The translations under genes were made by a program, and so were the position numbers. DNA of 55,563 bases, the filler included, from Sphacelaria rigidula (Eukaryota), in the NCBI GenBank assembly GCA_964200075.2. It is 6 parts of 6 records of this genome, joined end to end, with 100 filler letters (N's around TTAATTAATTAA, not from the genome) between each part and the next. Parts side by side here need not be neighbours in the genome. Positions count along the whole stretch, not along the records: positions 46,388 to 55,563 come from CAXNAA020009118.1; 5 more parts are not named here. One strand, 5' to 3'. The notes under the pieces are model-generated. The model was not told the origin of the DNA, ran no database searches, and was given only the letters and a program-made list of their open reading frames with translations. Shown piece after piece: positions 48,809 through 55,563 of this stretch. Position 1 is the first letter of the stretch. Each line of letters opens with the position of its first letter.

Positions 48809-49114
48809 GTAAATTTTTGGCTCCTGTAGAACTGTGTTGTGTGTGTTGTCATCCCATCTATTCTGGACGCCGGTCTACACTGTTCGGTATATGTGAGCGC
48901 ACCAGCCGAGGTAACTCAGGAAGAAGGCCGACACAAGAGTTTTTGTCCTTTTCGTTTGTTTTAGTCCTCCACCTTCCTTCTGCGGTGCTTGCCTTTATTT
49001 TGTTATCGCGAGAGGAGTTCAGCAGTCCCTTTCCCTCGTCGACCGTTAAGTCGAATTTCGTGTACCCACGACATCGTCGCTCTCCACTGTTGGGCATTGT
49101 GCGAAAAAAATTCG

Positions 49115-49190
49115 CAGATCGCTCCCGAGAATTCGAATCCACGACCCAACCGTTAAAGGGTTTCGAGGTTACCAACTGAGTAGCATTGCA
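49115..49190 (-). mobile_element. Degenerate tRNA-like / SINE head
   Basis: Minus strand reads CTCAGTTGGT (A-box-like) ... GGATTCGAATTC (B-box-like). No full cloverleaf. Confidence 0.4.
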
Positions 49191-49253
49191 AGCTACTTTC
49201 CGACCGAGTTTTTTGTTCTTGTTCTGATCGATCATGCAATCTTGTCGAGATCC

Positions 49254-49422
49254 CACACCCTGGATTGGTTGATGGCAACAGAATGCACTGTCAAAAACTG
49301 AAAAAATGTACTGCGTACGGTACGGAGTCTGTTGTCGATTGCAATAGACGCAACAGTCGGTTCTATACGTACGCAGTGTGCACTTTTTGACAGTGTAATA
49401 TATCGTCATTATCCAAAGTGTG
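49254..49422. mobile_element. MITE family B copy
   Basis: CACACCCTGGAT ... ATCCAAAGTGTG with an internal TACTGCGTAC/GTACGCAGT inverted pair. Flanks CGAGATCC / CTAGATTC (6/8). Confidence 0.8.
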
Positions 49423-49811
49423 CTAGATTCTGCACGTCAACATGTACATACATATATCTTGCGGCTGCGCCTGGATTAATTCCTCCGCGAACAATGAATG
49501 TGCGACAATCAAACACTCAGTCAATCAAACGTATAATGTCCCTCTGAACCCCTTTTTGTAAAATTGTACACAAATTTATCATCTGTCGTTTATGCGCAGA
49601 ACGTGAGCGAGCGCTTCCGTTGTGTTCACCTCGAGTAGGCGTCTTTTGTGACAATGACTGGATTTCCTCGGGTGTCACTCAGTGTGCGACAATCATTCAA
49701 CCGATCATCAAATACGTTGTTTTTCCTGTTTTTGTTTTTGTTTTCATCAGGGCATGTATCCTGCTCTCCGGCGTGCGCTCCTCGCACTTTTGATCTGCCG
49801 AAGTGTGCATA

Positions 49812-49961
49812 CACACCCTGGAAAAGGGATGATATTGTCAAAAGATGTACTGAGTACAGTATCGATTATTTCGTCTATTGCAAAAGAAAATAGACAATGG
49901 TTCCACTCTGTACGCAGTACATTTTTTAACAATGTTTTCTCATGTGATTATCCAGGTTGTG
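49812..49961. mobile_element. MITE family B copy
   Basis: CACACCCTGGA ... TCCAGGTTGTG with the same internal core. No TSD recognisable. Confidence 0.7.
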
Positions 49962-52900
49962 GAAGAGTGTCCGTCAGACTCGGGTGTCCATCTACGTTAT
50001 CTCCATCGCTGTTGCGCTCGAAAGAATGACCCTGAGCTTTGTTATCTTGTGTTTTTTTCTCCAATTTATTTCTTGTGGATCACAATACAATACCTGATTT
50101 TTTCCTTTTTTATTCCCTCCCCCCCTCCCCCCCCCCTTTTGTATTTACATTCGTTTTCTGTGTGTATCTCTTCTTCTCTTCGCTTGCGATCGTTTGTTGA
50201 CGGCGTTGAGTGTGTATCCCAGAACTCAACCGTGGACCTTGAGGAAGTAGAGCCGCAGGTACAGAGCCGATTCAAGGCTGGTCTGTACGACAGACCCCCA
50301 AGGGGGGCTGGGCGGTCCGGGGCAGGTGCCTTTGGAGCGGGGGCAAGTCAAAATCCCTTCTCGTTCTGGGGGCTCTGATCCTATTTTGGCGGGTTCTTGA
50401 AAGCCCTGAAGGCGAGAGGGCGAAAATTCGGAACAATATCACCGGCCGCCTGTGAATGCCTTGGGCAGTAACTCCGACCTCGTAGCCTGGGGACGGTTCG
50501 AAATCCCTTTTTTTTTCGGGCTCGTGTAAGCCGTTGAGGCTCCAGAGACCGCCTTTCGGAACAGTGTGGCGAGCTGCCTTCCAATGCCTGCACGATAACC
50601 CCGACCTCTGTAGCGAAGTTACAGCTCCCCCCTCACTTTTGCGAGCACCCCCCGCTCCTCCCCCCGGACGATATACCGTGTAAGTCCCGGTTCCCATTAC
50701 ATGGATAAGGCTTAGGTACGGTACGACAGTTGTGAAGCGGTTTGGATTTCAAAATTTTCTGTCTAGTCGAGGAAGGAGAAGGAGGGCGGGGGGGGGGAGG
50801 TGGTTGGCGAAGGCACGGTGGTGAATTATGTATGCGAGAAAGTAAAGTGTATGTGTGTGTAGAAATGTCATTGATTGGTCGTTCCCAACCTTCAAGCCAT
50901 GTAATGGTATGGTGTGCTGACCGAGGGCAAGGTACTGTTGTAGTTGCTGTTGGTAACGGATTTCCATTGGCCGATTTTCGAGGCGATCCGTTGCACGTCA
51001 CGCCCGGGGGGGCAAGTGGACGTATTTCCGCTGAAGCGCTCGGGGGGGTCCACCCGTTGAGTCGGCAAGTTGCGCACTTGGATGTATGGCCACCAGATAT
51101 ACTACTTTCGTGCGCCTGGGTGCGCACGAAGGGTGGAGTGCGTCGAGATGATGAAATGTGCATTTGTCGACCTGGCATCATGAACGGTCCATTCGCGGTG
51201 TATACAAGAACTCGATGACGTAAAAGTGTTTCGGTACTTCGGGTCTCCGACACTTTCTGCGATACCCCCCTCCCCCCCCCAAAAAATACAGTCTAAAACC
51301 GTTACGAAAAAAAATAAACATACAGCTCCTGATGTTTGGTTTTAGACTACATGGGGCGCCTTACATGGGCGACATTGGCGGAAACGAACCCAAGCGTGGG
51401 AATCCGCAGCTGCTCCTTGTGCTCGGATTTTTTCATTCCGAGTCACGTGTAGATCTTGCCTCCCCAAACCAGCCACATTATTTGGTATGGAGGTCTCGCA
51501 GGAAGTGTCATCCTTTGCTTTTGTTCTTTAGGGTGTGTCTTACAATGGCGTATCACTTTTTTAATTCATAACGTGCGGCCGGCGGAAAAGAAAATTTCCG
51601 ATCTGATGAGGTCATTTTTGCATAAATCTCTGAATGACGATCTGTCAGCTCGGAATATTTTCCTTTCCGCCGCACCTTGATTCGATCGAAAAATATTCTG
51701 CCAAAGACACGGCCTCAGTTTACTCCCGTGGTTTATATGTTCTTATTTTTCTCCCTTTTGTTTTTTTACCCAGCGAGCGTTTCCGTCTTCACCTTCACCG
51801 ACAAGAACAGGCCTCAGCAGCCGGGAAGTTTTTACACCCTGGATAACAGAATACAGTCAAGAAGTGTACTACGTACAATATCGACTATTGCGCCCATAAC
51901 ACGGGATTTTACAAAGGGATGGATATTTTGTTAGGGATGAAAACCCGGAGGAATAAAATCTTCGTATCCACACCAAATCTTCGGAGTATGCTTCCATTTT
52001 TTCGCTTGCTGGTGGCTATTGACAACTACTACACGCCATACAAATTTGGATTTTGATAATCGAAATATCGGGGTCCTAAGTTCCAATTTTCAAATTGGTT
52101 GTTGTCACAGGCTTTTCCAGATTCGGCATTAATTAAATTTTTGTGAGGCGGGGTCCTATCAGAAGTGATTATCACTTTTCAAGAAATCACTTGAACAAAC
52201 TTTGTGAAAAACGACCGATGATTGGTTTCTGCGATACCACCCCCTCCAAAAAGTGCCAAAAAATCACTTTTGTAAAAGTAATTTTGTGACACCTCGAACG
52301 GGAACATACAGCATCCCGTTGACGGGGGCATAACCGAAGTCTTGACACAGACAAGTCAACACAATCAAACGTCAACCTGAGGATTGCATTACCCTCTCAA
52401 ACCAAAACAGACCGCTCCATCCATTGCTGCTCATCAGCTAAGCACGCTGTGCGTGACCTTGTTCAAATCGAGTCAAAATTCAGAGAGAAATGATGATTAG
52501 CGTGAGACGCGCGCACAGCACACGCTCAAAAACAGTCAGCAACAGCACGTTTTCGGTTGCTAGTTGACACGCACGCTGCCGCCTTTCGTCTAATACTGGA
52601 CGGATTTCCGTCAAACAAAGGCTGTCGTGTGTAGATGATCAAGAGCTAGCGCTTGAGCTAATGCGCGTGAGTGGTGAATATATATCCGTCTATATTCGTG
52701 GCTAGGTGTGTCTGCGCTGTGTTACCTCTTTGCGTCTTGTCGGCAGCAGTACAGACATTTGGGACTAACGGCCACTTCCAGAACCACCGCATTTTTTACC
52801 TGTGCGCAGATCTGGGCTTCGATCTGAACAAAACTACCTGTCGATAAGACGCAGCACTGGTCGTTGTGGGGGCAATCACTTCTCCAAACGTGATTTTTTT

Positions 52901-53201
52901 TTAGTGATGATCACTTCTGTGATAAGACGCCGCCTGACAGAAAACACTCTCGTTTTTTTCGGAATACTTTTCAAAAAACGAGGAGAACTTTTCGAAAAAC
53001 TGCTCGAACCATTGACGCCATTACATGGAGTACAGGGTAGTACACTCAAGACAAGATAACTTTGCATTGGTGTATAAAAAACAGAGTACTACCCTGAACA
53101 CAAGACAGCACGGCAGTTCTGCAGTGTTTTCTAGTTTTAGAACCTGTTACAGCTTGGTTTACAGAGAGACCACGAGAAATCACGCGCCGTTCTAATCGCG
53201 T

Positions 53202-53511
53202 TCCGCACGAGGAGGAGAAGAAGCAACAGCAGCATCTTTACTGCCAGTAGATGTACGCGGCTGGGGGTGGGTCTAAATCAGCCGGTGTCGATTTGTGTGT
53301 GTGTCAGCGCTGTCCAGCACGGTGGTTATCACTCGCAAGGTGCGTGGGTGTTGTCGCACGGTCGGAACGCGGACCGTCTACGATCAAGAGCAGCGGCAGC
53401 AGCAGCAGCAGCATCGGCGCCGGTTGATTCAGACCCACCCCCAGCCACGTACATTTACTGGCAACAATTATGCTGCTGACACTGCTGCTGACTTGCTGCT
53501 TCTCGTGCGGA
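53202..53511. repeat. Long imperfect inverted repeat (foldback or MITE-like)
   Basis: 53228-53292 pairs with 53413-53478. Outer TCCGCACGAG / CTCGTGCGGA also pair. Confidence 0.85.
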
Positions 53512-53906
53512 CGGTCCACGGCACTTGACAGCCCTCCGCATACAAACAAGATCTAGATGAACTTTCTGCACTGGAGCCCTGACATGAAGCAGCCGCCAGA
53601 TTTGTCTTCCTTCTGTCAACTCTCCCTCTGCAGCTCGACACTTCAAAGGATACTCGCCATGCGCAGTCACTGCGGTTACGTTGGTGTGTAGCGGCCACAA
53701 CAGCTGCTGCTCGTGCTCTTGTCTTGTGACCTTCGCAATGACGGTAAACATGGGGTGGCAGCTCGGGGGCGTGTGCTTCCCGATTGGTACAGACAAAGGG
53801 AGGACACTCGCTAGTGCAACAAAATTGTCCATCTACTGATGTGGAGCGAGCTTTCCGGAGGAACAAAATCACCTCAACACCGACCACTCTCAGACTTGAA
53901 TAAATG

Positions 53907-54305
53907 CGCAAAAACTATATCCACCTACGGGAGCCCACATTGTTTTAATCAGCTGCCCGTTACGGATGGTTTCAAACAAGGTGAAGCCTTCACGCGTAGT
54001 ACCGGAGTGCAGGCAGTACACAACAGTAACACACACACATAGTAAACAAAGTGAAGCCTTCACGTGTAGTACCGCGCTGTTCACCTGCCCGCTGAGCGGG
54101 TTTGTAGAGGTGGCGCTCTCAAATTCAAACACTCGGCTCTGGCTTTTCTCGTAACCCGAACCCACTTTGTTTAAAAACATCCGTAATTGGCAGCTGATTA
54201 AACAAATGTGGGCTCCCGAATAAAAAAAACCAACGCGGGATCGGTCATAATAAAAGGTCGCGGTGGAAATAAGGATCCACCTACATAGGTGGATATACTT
54301 TTTGC
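53907..54305. mobile_element. Foldback/MITE-like element with long inverted arms
   Basis: CGGGAGCCCACATT..TAATCAGCTGCC (53928-53957) / GGCAGCTGATTA..AATGTGGGCTCCCG (54189-54218). Outer TATATCCACCTA / TAGGTGGATATA. Internal direct repeat GTGAAGCCTTCACG.GTAGTACCG. Confidence 0.75.
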
Positions 54306-55563
54306 GTGAATAGATGTACTACAAGTATAGTTCATTTCCGGCCGGCGTATATCTGCCTGTACCATAGAACCAGTTCCATACTACGTTTGAGCAGACCCGC
54401 CAGTCTAAAAACAAACACATTTTTGAATTCACCAACCACCCCCAAAAGTGACGAAGCATCATAATGCGAAACGGCCACGACATGTACACACGCACAGTAC
54501 TACATGCACATGCCGTCGACGCAGTCGTTGGCGTTCCCCCCGACGCGTCCGAGACTCTCTCTTTAGGCGTAAAGTACTCCTTGATCTCGGTTGTGTAACT
54601 CCTCTGGGTGGGCGCCCACTACGTCACGCAGTTCCGTTTGCAGTGAAAATGGCTCGAGTACGATTGCACTACTGGGGGTGGCACTATAACGCGTTTGCCT
54701 CATGCGATGCCCACTGGCATTCCGGGAGGCACGTGTTGTACGTGTACGTCAAGACGGATCTACAAGTAGTGGCCAGAGATAGATCGAGAGAACCTAGCGG
54801 GAACTTGCCGAGCGACGACTCCGGTCTCAGCTCAGCCTTCCTGCGCACCCTTGCGCACGTGGAAGGACGTCACTCGGACTAGAACGATAGTGTCTGGAAT
54901 TTGCGTGGTGCGATGCGCGAAAGAATTGTCATCGTCAATCTATGGCCCTTACTTTTTTTCCGTCCCTTCTTCTGCTTGTATGCCGTTCTTGCTTTTCTTC
55001 ATTGAGGGCGTCTGTCTCTCCTGTCCCTTTTCCATTCCATTTCAATGTGAGAAAGGATAGGAAAATTGGACGTGCGATGCGAAGTAGAGCGATCTATTTG
55101 TACAAACAACGCCCCTTTCACAAACTTCGTATGCTTGTCAGGTGTGCACGAAGAAAATTCCCGTACACGACTAAAGTGCGAAAATAATAATAATGATACG
55201 TACTCGTACCCATATTTTATTTTGGACCTCTCAGGCCGGGAGGTAGGGTACACGGGTGGCCACTGGGGTCTGTAACCTAGCCGTTTTGGGACCTTATCCA
55301 CCTTTTGCAAGGTCCGCGGGTTGGGTAGACAACTGAAGAGCATTCGCACAGCATGGGCAGGATCGAAACAAGACATGTCCCAGTCTATAGGCGGGTTTTT
55401 ACTCTGTAGGCTTGGTTCATACCGGGTGTAATATTTCCACATGTCAGCGAGACGTTCCTAATTTCCAGCGGAATATTAGGTTAATAGGTTAGTAGATCTT
55501 AGGAAAGAGTCATCCTACGATAGAGAGGGGGGTATTTGGTTGCACGAAAAAAGAGGCTCATAA

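Overview
Eukaryotic, intron-rich, repeat-rich DNA. The EsV-1-7 repeat genes, GT-AG multi-exon genes and TTAGGG tracts point to a brown alga (Phaeophyceae, Ectocarpus-like); this assignment is an inference. The window is not one locus. It is six contigs of 9178, 9178, 9177, 9177, 9177 and 9176 bp joined in descending size order by an artificial N44-TTAATTAATTAA-N44 linker, so adjacency across linkers has no biological meaning. Supported genes: (1) an intronless ~1288-aa EsV-1-7 protein with 27 near-identical 38-aa C-x4-C-x16-C-x2-H repeats and a C-terminal tail carrying NLS-like and SUMO-like motifs; (2) a short 5-repeat EsV-1-7 protein with a duplicated, conserved C-terminal motif; (3) six exons of a DNAJC3/P58IPK-like TPR protein; (4) six exons of a protein with a signal peptide, a Cys-rich domain and ankyrin repeats. 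The rest is non-autonomous transposons (hAT-type with 8-bp TSDs, a TGT..ACA MITE carrying telomere repeats), tRNA-derived SINE-like elements, tandem repeats and hairpins. The best candidate for a new system is the long EsV-1-7 array. Its repeat positions 9-10 take essentially four states (QP, LA, QS, LP), which suggests a TALE-like modular recognition code. That role is a hypothesis and is not demonstrated by the sequence.
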